A stretch of 62,912 nt of DNA. Origin: an uncultured Chitinophagaceae bacterium. GTDB taxonomy: Bacteria; Bacteroidota; Bacteroidia; Chitinophagales; LD1. Of the stretch, positions 49,075-58,797 are shown one piece after another. The number at the start of each line of letters is the position of its first letter. The first letter of the stretch is position 1. The DNA lies in NCBI GenBank assembly GCA_964650845.1, contig CAZYXR010000002.1:15603-78514 (forward strand), read 5' to 3'. Both the position numbers and the translations under genes were made by a program. The notes beneath the pieces were generated by a model that worked only from the letters and a program-made list of their open reading frames with translations, was not told where the DNA came from and searched no databases.

Positions 49075-49311
49075 CTATTTTTCCTGTTCTAAATCCTTAC
49101 TGAGTTCCTTCGCTTTTCTTACTTGATCTAATTCACCAACTCTTGTATGCTCACGCTCTTTTTCAAACTCTTTAGCGCCCTCTAAAATACCGCGCTCGTA
49201 CTCATTATCTTGACTCAAACTATCTGATAGCTTGGCATAGAGTTCAGGTTGAAACTTGGCAAGTTTATACCCATCATTAAATCCTTTAATATAGGTTGGT
49301 TCTTGTTCCAT
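49075..49311 (-). CDS. hypothetical protein
   Basis: ORF only; last gene of a three-gene minus-strand unit. Confidence 0.35.
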   Translation of the reverse strand: MEQEPTYIKGFNDGYKLAKFQPELYAKLSDSLSQDNEYERGILEGAKEFEKEREHTRVGELDQVRKAKELSKDLEQEK

Positions 49312-49313
49312 AA

Positions 49314-49598
49314 TTAAAATGGTTCACGTGCATGTTTTTCAATATAGTTTAAGATGGAAGTCCTGTCGTAGAGGATAACCTTATGCTGAGGTTGGGAAAA
49401 GCGAATCAATCCATTATTGCGAAGTTCCTGAAGGGTAGTTTTGCTTTTGATATTGAGTATACTCATCGCTTCATCGCCAGAGATCCATTGTTGCTTTTCT
49501 TTTGAAAGTTCAAACTTGCTATCAACGTGTTCTAGCACCTGCTCTAAGAGCATATAGAAAGCAGGTTTTTCAAGACAAATAACGTGACCGATGTCCAT
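49314..49598 (-). CDS. helix-turn-helix (excisionase/HTH_17-like) DNA-binding protein
   Basis: WISGDEAMSILNIKSKTTLQELRNNGLIRFSQPQHKVILYDRTSILNYIEKH resembles the MerR/excisionase-type HTH common in Bacteroidota mobile elements. Confidence 0.6.
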   Translation of the reverse strand: MDIGHVICLEKPAFYMLLEQVLEHVDSKFELSKEKQQWISGDEAMSILNIKSKTTLQELRNNGLIRFSQPQHKVILYDRTSILNYIEKHAREPF

Positions 49599-49665
49599 TG
49601 TAAGTTATTTGCGCGCAAAGGTATTGCCTACGCTAAATACTCAGGGGGATAGGGTGTCAATAAAT

Positions 49666-51315
49666 TTACTGTTGACCGTCAACTTGACGAATAAATTTTT
49701 TATGGCTGAATTTATAGGCCTCCTCTTGTCCGGATAAAATACCACAGCCAATCAAAATATGACCAAGTTCTGTATGTAATTGCGCATCCGTATGATGGCA
49801 AAAAGATTCTATATTACGTCTAGGGTAAAGCTCCACATCCTGATGGTGAATATCTACTATTTTTGATTTAGCAGCCACCCAATTATTCTGTATAGTATTT
49901 TGGAGAACTTCATCAGTTACGGATGAGGAAGGGACAAAGGATTCTCTGTTCATACTTCTAAAGACGTAAACTCTAACTTCAGAATCAGGATCTATATTCC
50001 ATAGTGATAATGCTAATAGACGATGATGTCCCTCAGCTACTTCATATCTTCCTCCCTCTATTCTGGTATTAACCTCAATGAGTGGGGGATTGGTTGGGTA
50101 CAATACTGTATCACCATTCTCAAATAAATTATAAGGGTGATAGAGGTGTGTATTTTCAAAATCTACTTTGTCAATTAGTGCGGTAAGGTAAGGATCAACC
50201 TTTGCGCGCGCTTCAATGAGCTTAAATGATTGATAGACTTTATATCTAACAAAGAAGGAATGTCGGTAATAGATATCTTTTAAAGGTAAGCCAATAAATT
50301 CCCCACGAATGTTGTTATAATGATTAGCTCTTTCATCTCGCTTATGTATTTCACTAAACCAATCAGTATATTCTGTTTCATCCAATCGAGAAAATGTTGT
50401 GGGTTGTACAGGCAACGGACAAGCTAGCTTTTTATCTTCTACCTTACGGAATACTTTATTAATAGTTTTTTCTATCTCAATACGATTTAGTTCATTACTA
50501 TTTTCATAGAGAATGGAGAAGTATTCTCGATCAAATACTCCTGAAGTTACCCTAAGTAATTCTATAGATGTTTTTCTCACTAAATCATCGCTGGTCATGA
50601 CTCCATCTATTGGAAGCCAGTTGAAAATAAACCCCCGTTCGGATTTATTTACTAAAGACTCTTTAAAATCTAGAACAGTGATGGTCACTCCTAGTTTCCA
50701 TAGAGCTACAAACTCTCTACTCGACATAAGTCCGTATGCATGTTTAGGGGCATAGACAAGGTGAATTTTTCCTTGCTTATTCATAAGGAAATAAATAAGC
50801 GTAGGCATTATTTTAAAGACAAAACTTAACTCATCAATACATATGGTAACCTTCTTTATATGGGTTTTATGTAAGTAATGTATTAACTGGAATAAACAGC
50901 CCTCCCATGTATAACTTTTTTTAGTCGTATTTATAGCCTCATCAAAGTATGCATAAGGTTGATTAGGGGAACTCTTAAAACCACCCAACCTGTGATCTTT
51001 CTCTGAAGGTAACGAAAAAATTTTAGCAACAATTTTTATATGTGTAGAGTCCAGTAGTCCATTATTTATATATCGTTGTAGTGTTCTTGTACTAACATTA
51101 TCAATAGAATCCTCTTCCTTTGAAAAATAGATGTCTTCATATGTCCAATAGTGTAACTTAGGTTCACTTTTATTCTTAGCAGAATAGGTCAAATAATCTC
51201 CATCTATTCTTGAGTTAATATCAAGGATAGAGACATCCTCTAATTTTTTCCCCAGCACCATTCTAATTTGCTGCCTGATATATTGTAGATAATCGTTAGA
51301 CAAATCCATAGACAA
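49666..51315 (-). CDS. 549-aa protein with ParB/Srx-like motif (GHHR) and a His-rich C-terminal tail; function unknown
   Basis: PPLIEVNTRIEGGRYEVAEGHHRLLAL (GHHR codons at 50020-50031) fits the ParB N-terminal/sulfiredoxin-fold pattern. I did not recognise the N-terminal ~400 aa. Confidence 0.5.
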   Translation of the reverse strand: MSMDLSNDYLQYIRQQIRMVLGKKLEDVSILDINSRIDGDYLTYSAKNKSEPKLHYWTYEDIYFSKEEDSIDNVSTRTLQRYINNGLLDSTHIKIVAKIFSLPSEKDHRLGGFKSSPNQPYAYFDEAINTTKKSYTWEGCLFQLIHYLHKTHIKKVTICIDELSFVFKIMPTLIYFLMNKQGKIHLVYAPKHAYGLMSSREFVALWKLGVTITVLDFKESLVNKSERGFIFNWLPIDGVMTSDDLVRKTSIELLRVTSGVFDREYFSILYENSNELNRIEIEKTINKVFRKVEDKKLACPLPVQPTTFSRLDETEYTDWFSEIHKRDERANHYNNIRGEFIGLPLKDIYYRHSFFVRYKVYQSFKLIEARAKVDPYLTALIDKVDFENTHLYHPYNLFENGDTVLYPTNPPLIEVNTRIEGGRYEVAEGHHRLLALSLWNIDPDSEVRVYVFRSMNRESFVPSSSVTDEVLQNTIQNNWVAAKSKIVDIHHQDVELYPRRNIESFCHHTDAQLHTELGHILIGCGILSGQEEAYKFSHKKFIRQVDGQQ

Positions 51316-51649
51316 AATAGTTAGGTGGTATCTATATTATGTAATTAAATAAATTTTAGCTATTGAGAACTTTGCGTTACAAAACGCAAAGCAATGAGTG
51401 TATATCAACAGTTACAAGGCAAAAAAACCCGACAACACCAGCCTTTGTTCTTAAGATTAGAATCCGAATATAAATATTCCAGACAAATTAAAAACCGCCC
51501 TCCGTAAGGAAGACGGCAGATGCGTAGCTGATATTTCAATCAAAGCCTCTATTCAAAGTTTGAAATACAGTTTACCACTAGCATACAACACCTAGTAATA
51601 GGATATCATACTAGGTGCAATAGTCAATAACATTTTTAATGTATTTAGT

Positions 51650-51877
51650 ATGAAAAACTATAAAGCAAATGGTACTGAAAATGGACTATGCACATCAATT
51701 CACAAGGAAGAAACCGAAGTTAATATTGATAAAATACTCGCAATTGAACGATTCTCGCGAAAACGCCATTTACGAATCTACGATTTCGAACAAGCGGCAA
51801 TGTGGGAGGCGGAAAGCCAAGCACAACAACAATTAAAAGTTTATAAAGAAACATCCGAAAAGACACAGGATTCATAA
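51650..51877 (+). CDS. hypothetical protein
   Basis: ORF only. Confidence 0.3.
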   Translation: MKNYKANGTENGLCTSIHKEETEVNIDKILAIERFSRKRHLRIYDFEQAAMWEAESQAQQQLKVYKETSEKTQDS

Positions 51878-51945
51878 TAGTGAAACCACTATGAATCCAT
51901 CCCGTGGTTATTGAATTATTTTTTTAATACAGTAAATTTTTAACG

Positions 51946-52989
51946 ATGATTTCTTTTTTCAAAAAATCAACCCGCGAGCACGTAACTACAGACTCGCTAG
52001 AACAAAACCACCAACTCATACTCAAGGATTCGACTAACTCCGCAAAGAGATTAGCGATTCTTAATAAGCCTGAACGTAATGATTCAATGAATGCTTACGA
52101 TGCACCTATTCGGGCAAGATATATGCAGATATATCAGAAAGAACGCAGTCATGTTCAGGACACAGAGATGATTGCAAAAAATACGCTTGCGCAAAAACAA
52201 AGCGAGCAAAATCAGCGAGCAAGACTTACCACAAGAAAAGCAGAATTAAATCTGTTGAAATCTGAAGAAGCCGAGGATCCAAATACTGATACAGAAATCC
52301 GTAAGGGTGGTTGGTCGATACACATAGTCATCATTGCCATAGCCGTCTTTGAAGCTAAAATAACACAGGCAGCTTTTTCACTCTTTGTCAGTTCTAATAA
52401 TTTTGAACAGATAGGAAATGTTGTTTTTCTAACGATAGCATTTGCTGCATTGCCTCACCTTATCGTGAAGCTTATCAGAGCTACCGAAACTAATCCTCAT
52501 AAATGGTACATACGCATAGCAGCAGCTATCATGCTTATTGGCTGTTATGCAGCATTTGCGGTTATCAGATCAATGTATGTAAAGAATATCGGAGGGCTTT
52601 CCTTAAATGAAGTAGAAGTAGGGAGCGTACTGCCTTTAAAACCATATCACTTCATTGCCATTCAAGTATTTCTGCTCGCAATAGCCGTATATCTTGCTAC
52701 ATGCCTACCTACTGATAGAGATAGAACTAGAGAAAAGCGAAGCCTCAGAATTGAACAGTTAGAAAAAATTATTGAGCGCATGGAAGATGAGTTACAAAAC
52801 ATACCAAGTCGCACCTATCAGTCAGAGGTTACAAGACAGGAAGAGCAACTTGTAGAAGAAAAACTCAAGGCTCGCTTACAAGAAATGTTCCGTGAATCAT
52901 GGGCACTTTTTGTATCCGAGAATATCACTCATAGAAATGATGGTGTTCACCCGCTATGCTTCAATGATATCCCCCAATCTCTCTTTTAA
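51946..52989 (+). CDS. membrane protein with charged/coiled-coil flanks, unknown function
   Basis: A central block of ~4-5 hydrophobic helices (WSIHIVIIAIAVF..., FLTIAFAALPHLIV..., IAAAIMLIGCYAAFAVI..., FIAIQVFLLAIAVYLAT) and a Glu/Arg-rich C-terminus. Confidence 0.45.
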   Translation: MISFFKKSTREHVTTDSLEQNHQLILKDSTNSAKRLAILNKPERNDSMNAYDAPIRARYMQIYQKERSHVQDTEMIAKNTLAQKQSEQNQRARLTTRKAELNLLKSEEAEDPNTDTEIRKGGWSIHIVIIAIAVFEAKITQAAFSLFVSSNNFEQIGNVVFLTIAFAALPHLIVKLIRATETNPHKWYIRIAAAIMLIGCYAAFAVIRSMYVKNIGGLSLNEVEVGSVLPLKPYHFIAIQVFLLAIAVYLATCLPTDRDRTREKRSLRIEQLEKIIERMEDELQNIPSRTYQSEVTRQEEQLVEEKLKARLQEMFRESWALFVSENITHRNDGVHPLCFNDIPQSLF

Positions 52990-53010
52990 GTAACAACAAA
53001 AAATACAGCC

Positions 53011-53751
53011 ATGAAAAAGTTTATGCAAGTAGCAGGCTTCCTACTAATTATCGGAGCTACCGGGTGCAGCGAGTATTTTGAAAATACTTTTCCAAATCCT
53101 CCCAGTCATGCAGTTTCATACATCACTGATGATTCACGCGAAGGATTAAAAAGAATCAGTTCACAAGAGTTCAACTCGTTAATACCTATTCGAGATCAAA
53201 ACCTGTATGACGGCTTTACTATTCGCATGAGGTCGATTCATGAAGCGGAAAAAGAGATTTTCCAGGTACAAGTTCAATCTGAACATTGGATTTTCTCAAA
53301 TGAAAACAATCGTGTAGCAACGTTGAAAGCTTTGAGAAATAAAGTCACAATGATGATTGACTCTATTGAAAAAGCACCTTCAGCAAATGCGCCTAAATCG
53401 CGCGTGTATGAGACTATTGCATCCGAGGCACAGTATCTAAACTCTACGAATGCGCGTGATAAACAGATGGTTATTAATTCAGACTTACTTGAAAACACAG
53501 ACCAGTTTAGTTTTTACCGCTCCAAGGATTTTCTTCTTGCACAAAACTCCCCAGAGCAAGCAGTTAAAGAATTAGAGCAAATCGCTCCCATGCCATCACT
53601 TAAAGGAGTGGTAATACTTATTGTTTTTCAACCGCCTAACTATGAAACACAAAAACAGTTTGATGTAGCCGCCCAAACATTCAAACTTTTATTTGAAAAA
53701 CATGGCGCTGAGGTATCGATTCTGCCAAACATCACAGCAGGATATGAATAG
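53011..53751 (+). CDS. lipoprotein, unknown function
   Basis: Lipoprotein signal MKKFMQVAGFLLIIGATGC. Confidence 0.5.
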   Translation: MKKFMQVAGFLLIIGATGCSEYFENTFPNPPSHAVSYITDDSREGLKRISSQEFNSLIPIRDQNLYDGFTIRMRSIHEAEKEIFQVQVQSEHWIFSNENNRVATLKALRNKVTMMIDSIEKAPSANAPKSRVYETIASEAQYLNSTNARDKQMVINSDLLENTDQFSFYRSKDFLLAQNSPEQAVKELEQIAPMPSLKGVVILIVFQPPNYETQKQFDVAAQTFKLLFEKHGAEVSILPNITAGYE

Positions 53752-53905
53752 TAAGCAACCATCCATTATCAATGCAGTAGTTTCTAAAGTGCTTACAGCA
53801 CTTTGGAAGCTATTGTTATTTATTATTTGGGTAGTAAGCGGTGTGCTTCTAAGTCTCATTAAAGAACTCAATTCCAATATCAAAAAGTATTTGTTCGATG
53901 ACTAG
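53744..53905 (+). CDS. small single-pass membrane protein
   Basis: MNSKQPS...LTALWKLLLFIIWVVSGVLLSLI. It overlaps both neighbours by 8 nt. Confidence 0.35.
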   Translation: MNSKQPSIINAVVSKVLTALWKLLLFIIWVVSGVLLSLIKELNSNIKKYLFDD

Positions 53906-55328
53906 AATTATAACACCTCATACATTGTTAAGCGGTGTCGCCACCGTTGGTGAGATCGCTTTAAAATCAGTGTATGATTCGTTGGTGTTCGGGACTGAAT
54001 ACTTGATTGATGAACCAAACGAAGGTTTTGGAAACCTAGAAGACATTGCTTCACCAAGCGGGCGCAGTATTTGTATCAATGGTACTGATTGCCTTACGAA
54101 GCCTGAATACGGGTATAGAAATGCAGTGTTCCTTGGAGGAACTGGATCTGGTAAGAGTACCATTATTGCCGTTCCTAATTTACTAAAAGTAAATAATGCA
54201 AGTATTATCTGCCACGATCCATCAGGTGAGCTTGTAAATAGAACAGGGAAAAGTCTATCAGAGCGTGGTTATCAAGTGCATGTATTGGACTTCAATAACC
54301 CGAACAATTCTATTGGCTTAAATCCGCTCGATTTTATCAAGAAGGATAATGACTCGAACAAACTTGCCGCACATCTAGTAAGAAATTCTCTTGGTACTTC
54401 AAAAGATAAGTTTTGGGAATTGGCAAGTACTGACTTGCTCGCTCTATTCATCAAAGTTATCCTGAGACAAGATAAGTCATACAGAAATCTAACCAATGTA
54501 CTGCACCTATTAAATACGTTTAGTGGTGACCCACAGGCAATAGATCGCTTCATAGCTAAGGTTGCAGACCCTAAAGAGTTTAGAGACTATAAAGCTCTAA
54601 TTCGGAGTAATGAAAAGACGCTTCAGTCAATTGTGATGAGTTGTAAGGCAGCACTATCATTATGGAATGACGATGATATGGGAAAAGTCACTTCAACAAG
54701 CAGTATTGATTTTAATGAGTTTAGAAAAGGCAAGCACGCGCTATTCATTAAAAATACAACCATGGACGCAGAGTACTATCACTCAATTATTAGTTTTTTA
54801 ATAGAGAGCGCACTTAAGGTATTGATGCAGCGATTGCCAGCTAAAAATGATAGACCTGTTTGGGTTATCGTTGACGAGGCATCAACCCTCAATTTGCAAA
54901 GTCTCGATAACATTATTAGTAATAATCGAAAGTATCAGATCAGCTTGATGCTGTTCTTCCAAAATAAAGCCCAAGTCTATTATGCATACGGACAAGAAGC
55001 TGGCAGCAACATTCTTGCAAACTGCTTCACCAAAGTATACTTGGCGGGCACAGACATGAAAACTGCGAAAGAGCTTGAAGAATTGCTTGGATGGAAAAAC
55101 ATTATCAATGACGAGAAAGAGGTAAAACAACCACTCATGACTGCGCAACAAATACGCACCCTGAAATCAAATCAAGCTCTAGCTATCATAGGAAATTATA
55201 GACCTATTAAGATGCAGATGACACCTTACTATGAAAATCCAATACTGCGCAAACTTGCCTCTAACAAGCCATTTATATACACACCGCCTTCACCATTAAC
55301 TAATCCTCCGCTTATTCCTTTTACATGA
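53898..55328 (+). CDS. type IV coupling protein (TraG/TraD/VirD4 family; Bacteroides MobC-type)
   Basis: Walker A FLGGTGSGKST and Walker B VWVIVDEAS, with mob genes downstream. Confidence 0.82.
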   Translation: MTRIITPHTLLSGVATVGEIALKSVYDSLVFGTEYLIDEPNEGFGNLEDIASPSGRSICINGTDCLTKPEYGYRNAVFLGGTGSGKSTIIAVPNLLKVNNASIICHDPSGELVNRTGKSLSERGYQVHVLDFNNPNNSIGLNPLDFIKKDNDSNKLAAHLVRNSLGTSKDKFWELASTDLLALFIKVILRQDKSYRNLTNVLHLLNTFSGDPQAIDRFIAKVADPKEFRDYKALIRSNEKTLQSIVMSCKAALSLWNDDDMGKVTSTSSIDFNEFRKGKHALFIKNTTMDAEYYHSIISFLIESALKVLMQRLPAKNDRPVWVIVDEASTLNLQSLDNIISNNRKYQISLMLFFQNKAQVYYAYGQEAGSNILANCFTKVYLAGTDMKTAKELEELLGWKNIINDEKEVKQPLMTAQQIRTLKSNQALAIIGNYRPIKMQMTPYYENPILRKLASNKPFIYTPPSPLTNPPLIPFT

Positions 55329-55891
55329 AGAAAACGGAGCGAAATAGCAAACTCTATGAGTACCTTGCATCACAGCAATTGCTTGATAAAGGTGAAGAAG
55401 CTATCCGTGCCGGAAAAAAGAAGTATCGCCAAGAATATTTACGCCTCTATAAGCAAAAGCACCGCACCATTATTACCGAACATACTATTGCCCTTAAGCA
55501 ACCAGAGGAAATGTTGCTTGTCCATCATGCAAAACGCAATGGCTACACCATCACTCAATTCATTCGAAAAGCCGCCATTGCATACGCGCAACAGGTGTAC
55601 ATAACACCGCGCCTTGAAATACTTACAAGCCTCTTTCAACAGTTCATTTTACTACGTACCCAAGTTGAGCGCATCCGGCAGGAAAAGCGCGGTTTATTCC
55701 AACGAGACAAGAGCGAAAGCATAGAAGCCCTGTTACAGGAGTTTGAACAGGTATTAACCAAGTCACTGAAACAACCTCAATCATTAGAAGTCCTTATCAC
55801 CCAGACCCTTCAATCTAACCCACGCTTTTTAGACACGTTACAGCAAATAATCAAGCAGCATGATTGTAAAATCAATGGGCAGGAAAAGTAG
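55325..55891 (+). CDS. mobilization accessory (relaxosome) protein
   Basis: ATGA start/stop overlap with the T4CP gene. It sits directly upstream of the relaxase, and GYTITQFIRKAAIAYAQQ is RHH/MobC-like. Confidence 0.5.
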   Translation: MKKTERNSKLYEYLASQQLLDKGEEAIRAGKKKYRQEYLRLYKQKHRTIITEHTIALKQPEEMLLVHHAKRNGYTITQFIRKAAIAYAQQVYITPRLEILTSLFQQFILLRTQVERIRQEKRGLFQRDKSESIEALLQEFEQVLTKSLKQPQSLEVLITQTLQSNPRFLDTLQQIIKQHDCKINGQEK

Positions 55892-56732
55892 CAGTTCGTT
55901 TACCGATTTGCTTACCTATATAACCCGGGATGATGCGGTAATTAAAGATGCTAAAGGCAACCCTTTTCTTATCAGGCATAACGTAATAAGCAAACAGGCT
56001 ACAGGTATAATTAAGGAGTTCGAAAACAATGAGGCAAACAGACGGTTTCAGCGCAAGGGAAAAAACTATTGCTATCACGATATTATTGCCTTCACCGCTG
56101 CCGACACGCAAAAGCTTACTTCTGAAATCTTAGAGGATTTAGCGCGCACCTATATTCACCTCCGCAATGAAAACAGCTTAGCAATTGCAGCTATTCACGA
56201 TGATAAATCCCACCAACACATCCATATCATGCTAAGCGGTGTAGAAGCAGAAACAGGCAAAGCAATACGAGTATCTAAAAAAGAGTATCAAGCCATTAAA
56301 GAGAAGCTCCAAGAATATCAGATTGAGAAATATCCTGAATTAGTATCTATTGTCAATCATGCTCATTCGTTAGAAAGAAACCAAACAGACAAAGAATTTC
56401 AGGTTAAAGCCCGGGAAGGAATATCTCGTAAAGAGGAAATCAAACAGATACTTGCTAATGCATATGAACAATCATATTCTTCGAAAGAGTTTTATGAAAA
56501 GATTACTGAAAACGGTTTAACAACTTATGAGCGAGGAGGGCAGATGGGCATAGAGGATAATAGAAATTATCGGTTGAGCACCTTAGGTTATGATCAAGAA
56601 AGGCTTAACGAGTTAGAACAACGGTTTTACAGAATAGAAGAGCTAGAAAGTCTGAGAGAACAAAATGACAGGGAGATAACACGGGACCTTACGGCTGAAG
56701 AATCACAAAAAAAAGAAAACAACACAACATAG
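55860..56732 (+). CDS. relaxase/mobilization nuclease domain protein
   Basis: N-terminal MIVKSMGRKSSSSFTDLLTYITRDD and the histidine motif HDDKSHQHIHIMLS. Confidence 0.82.
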   Translation: MIVKSMGRKSSSSFTDLLTYITRDDAVIKDAKGNPFLIRHNVISKQATGIIKEFENNEANRRFQRKGKNYCYHDIIAFTAADTQKLTSEILEDLARTYIHLRNENSLAIAAIHDDKSHQHIHIMLSGVEAETGKAIRVSKKEYQAIKEKLQEYQIEKYPELVSIVNHAHSLERNQTDKEFQVKAREGISRKEEIKQILANAYEQSYSSKEFYEKITENGLTTYERGGQMGIEDNRNYRLSTLGYDQERLNELEQRFYRIEELESLREQNDREITRDLTAEESQKKENNTT

Positions 56733-56871
56733 GAAAATGGGGACACGATAAGCATCGGTAGCTGCGTATTTAAAGGGATTCCAAAGGTCTCCTTTGGCAA
56801 GAAGGCAAGTTCACCCCCTCTAATTGTTGACAGGGAACTTGCAATCTTGCTTTCTGTTCATGTAACAGATT

Positions 56872-58797
56872 TTAAATCGGTTTTACATTATCTTCTCCAA
56901 ACCACTCTATAGCTTTAGTAATAACACTTGGGTCGGGACTATGGTAAAAAACTGCCAAATTTTCCTTTGATCTCGTACAACACACATAGAATATTTTTCG
57001 AGTTCTGTCTAACACACTTTGGTTATCACCTCCCAGAAATAAATTTTTAAAATTATAATTATTCCATCCTCCATTATCTAACACGACAAGAACATTGTCA
57101 TACTCGGCACCTTTGGTTTTATGCTTTGTTGAAAAGGGCGTTTTACCTTCAAGGTAATCAAACAGCTTTTGAAACTCATTAAACGGTACTTGCTTAATCC
57201 TATTATACAAATATTCATTCCTAGCCTGAAACTCTGTTAGTTTATCATCAATCAGACAGATGCCTTTCTCATGCGCTTCATTGATTATCTCTTCAATAGT
57301 TTTATTTCCTACATCAATGAGACTCTCAATATTACTTTTCAGTTCTCGCTTATCAGCAATACGAACAATTTTACTTCTATAATCCGTAGCTCTCAAAAAC
57401 TCATTGTACATCTGCGCTTTATATAGAGCAATTGTTTTCTGAATTTTAAATAGGTGCTTAATCAGATTATCTCTTTTAGAACCCTTCTTGTTTTCATCTT
57501 CTTCATCTTGTTTCTTATCATCCAAAAGTTGATCCTTGTTAACATACATCTTGGAAAAGTCCCCATAGTTATAGTTCAACGCAACTTTATATAGTTCTTG
57601 ATTTTGGTCTATAAATGCCTGCATAGAATCAGTAGGTGTTACTCGTCTTAATTCTCTACCTATTTTACCTTCCGCCAAAGCATTCAAAACATTACTAAAC
57701 GTCATTCCTGTAAAGTCTGTTGTAATACCTGCATCCTTTATGTGTTTTTTTATTCTGTCTCTGAAATTTAAGATTTGATCTTTGTCATAGATATCCATAA
57801 GAGTCCTAAATCCTGCCTTATCTGCAATAAGATTGTGTGTTAAGTTTAACTCTTTAGTTTCGGACGGGTTATCAAAACTCCAATCATGATTATCTTTCAG
57901 ATATTGCTTCGCATGTGACACATCTTCATTTGAAGAATAAATGAACAAGACATTTCCTTCTTTCACTTGTCTATTGAGCATATTAGGAGCAGTTGTATCC
58001 ATTGAAGGCTCTTGTTGAATTCCATCTGTTCTTAACTTATTGGCTAATGCAATCACTCTTAATGGACTCCTTCGATTCTGAACCTTCTTGATTTCATTAA
58101 CTACATCAGCTGTATCTCCTTTATATATATCCAGATTCCCAACCCCATCATCATATATAGACTGCATAGCATCTCCAAAGAAACCTATGATACTTTGCTT
58201 ATCACTTTGCTTAAAATGATTAAGGAAGATATCTACCACCAACTTATTAGTATCTTGATATTCATCAATAAATATAAACCTAAATCTATCCTTCACGATA
58301 GCACTGAGCTTAGGATATTTCCTAAACATAGCATGTGCTATAATCAAAAGATCATCATGAGAAATGACTCCTTCTTTAAGGCGAACGTACTCTTTATACT
58401 GTATCCCTTTTTCGAGGTGATCAAAGTAATTTGCAGGTATAACATCATCCTCATTAATAGATATAGTTGCTTGCTCTTCATTTGCAAGTTCAATAATGAC
58501 CGCTTTTAATTCTTGTTGGAAATGTTTGATATTGTCCCATAAAAAATCGTGTATGGTCGTAACATTAAGATGTTTGTGATTAACCCGTTCTTCGATCTCT
58601 TTTACAGCGGCATTAGTATAAGTCATACAGGCAACTTTTGCTGTAGGATTTTCTGCAATTACTTGTCTAATTACTTGAACTAGTGAATATGTTTTGCCAC
58701 TTCCAGCACCTCCACTCAACAGAAAATTACGCCCATCGTCAATGAGCTTCATAATAGATTGTACTTCGGGTTCTAGTTTTAATCTTTCTTCAGCCAT
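56872..58797 (-). CDS. UvrD/PcrA/Rep-family superfamily 1 helicase (GajB-like)
   Basis: LLSGGAGSGKTYSL (motif I), FIFIDEYQDTN (motif II) and a C-terminal TKHKTKGAEYDNVLVV. I place the start at MAEERLK (58795-58797); the alternative start at 58833 is in-frame. Confidence 0.82.
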   Translation of the reverse strand: MAEERLKLEPEVQSIMKLIDDGRNFLLSGGAGSGKTYSLVQVIRQVIAENPTAKVACMTYTNAAVKEIEERVNHKHLNVTTIHDFLWDNIKHFQQELKAVIIELANEEQATISINEDDVIPANYFDHLEKGIQYKEYVRLKEGVISHDDLLIIAHAMFRKYPKLSAIVKDRFRFIFIDEYQDTNKLVVDIFLNHFKQSDKQSIIGFFGDAMQSIYDDGVGNLDIYKGDTADVVNEIKKVQNRRSPLRVIALANKLRTDGIQQEPSMDTTAPNMLNRQVKEGNVLFIYSSNEDVSHAKQYLKDNHDWSFDNPSETKELNLTHNLIADKAGFRTLMDIYDKDQILNFRDRIKKHIKDAGITTDFTGMTFSNVLNALAEGKIGRELRRVTPTDSMQAFIDQNQELYKVALNYNYGDFSKMYVNKDQLLDDKKQDEEDENKKGSKRDNLIKHLFKIQKTIALYKAQMYNEFLRATDYRSKIVRIADKRELKSNIESLIDVGNKTIEEIINEAHEKGICLIDDKLTEFQARNEYLYNRIKQVPFNEFQKLFDYLEGKTPFSTKHKTKGAEYDNVLVVLDNGGWNNYNFKNLFLGGDNQSVLDRTRKIFYVCCTRSKENLAVFYHSPDPSVITKAIEWFGEDNVKPI

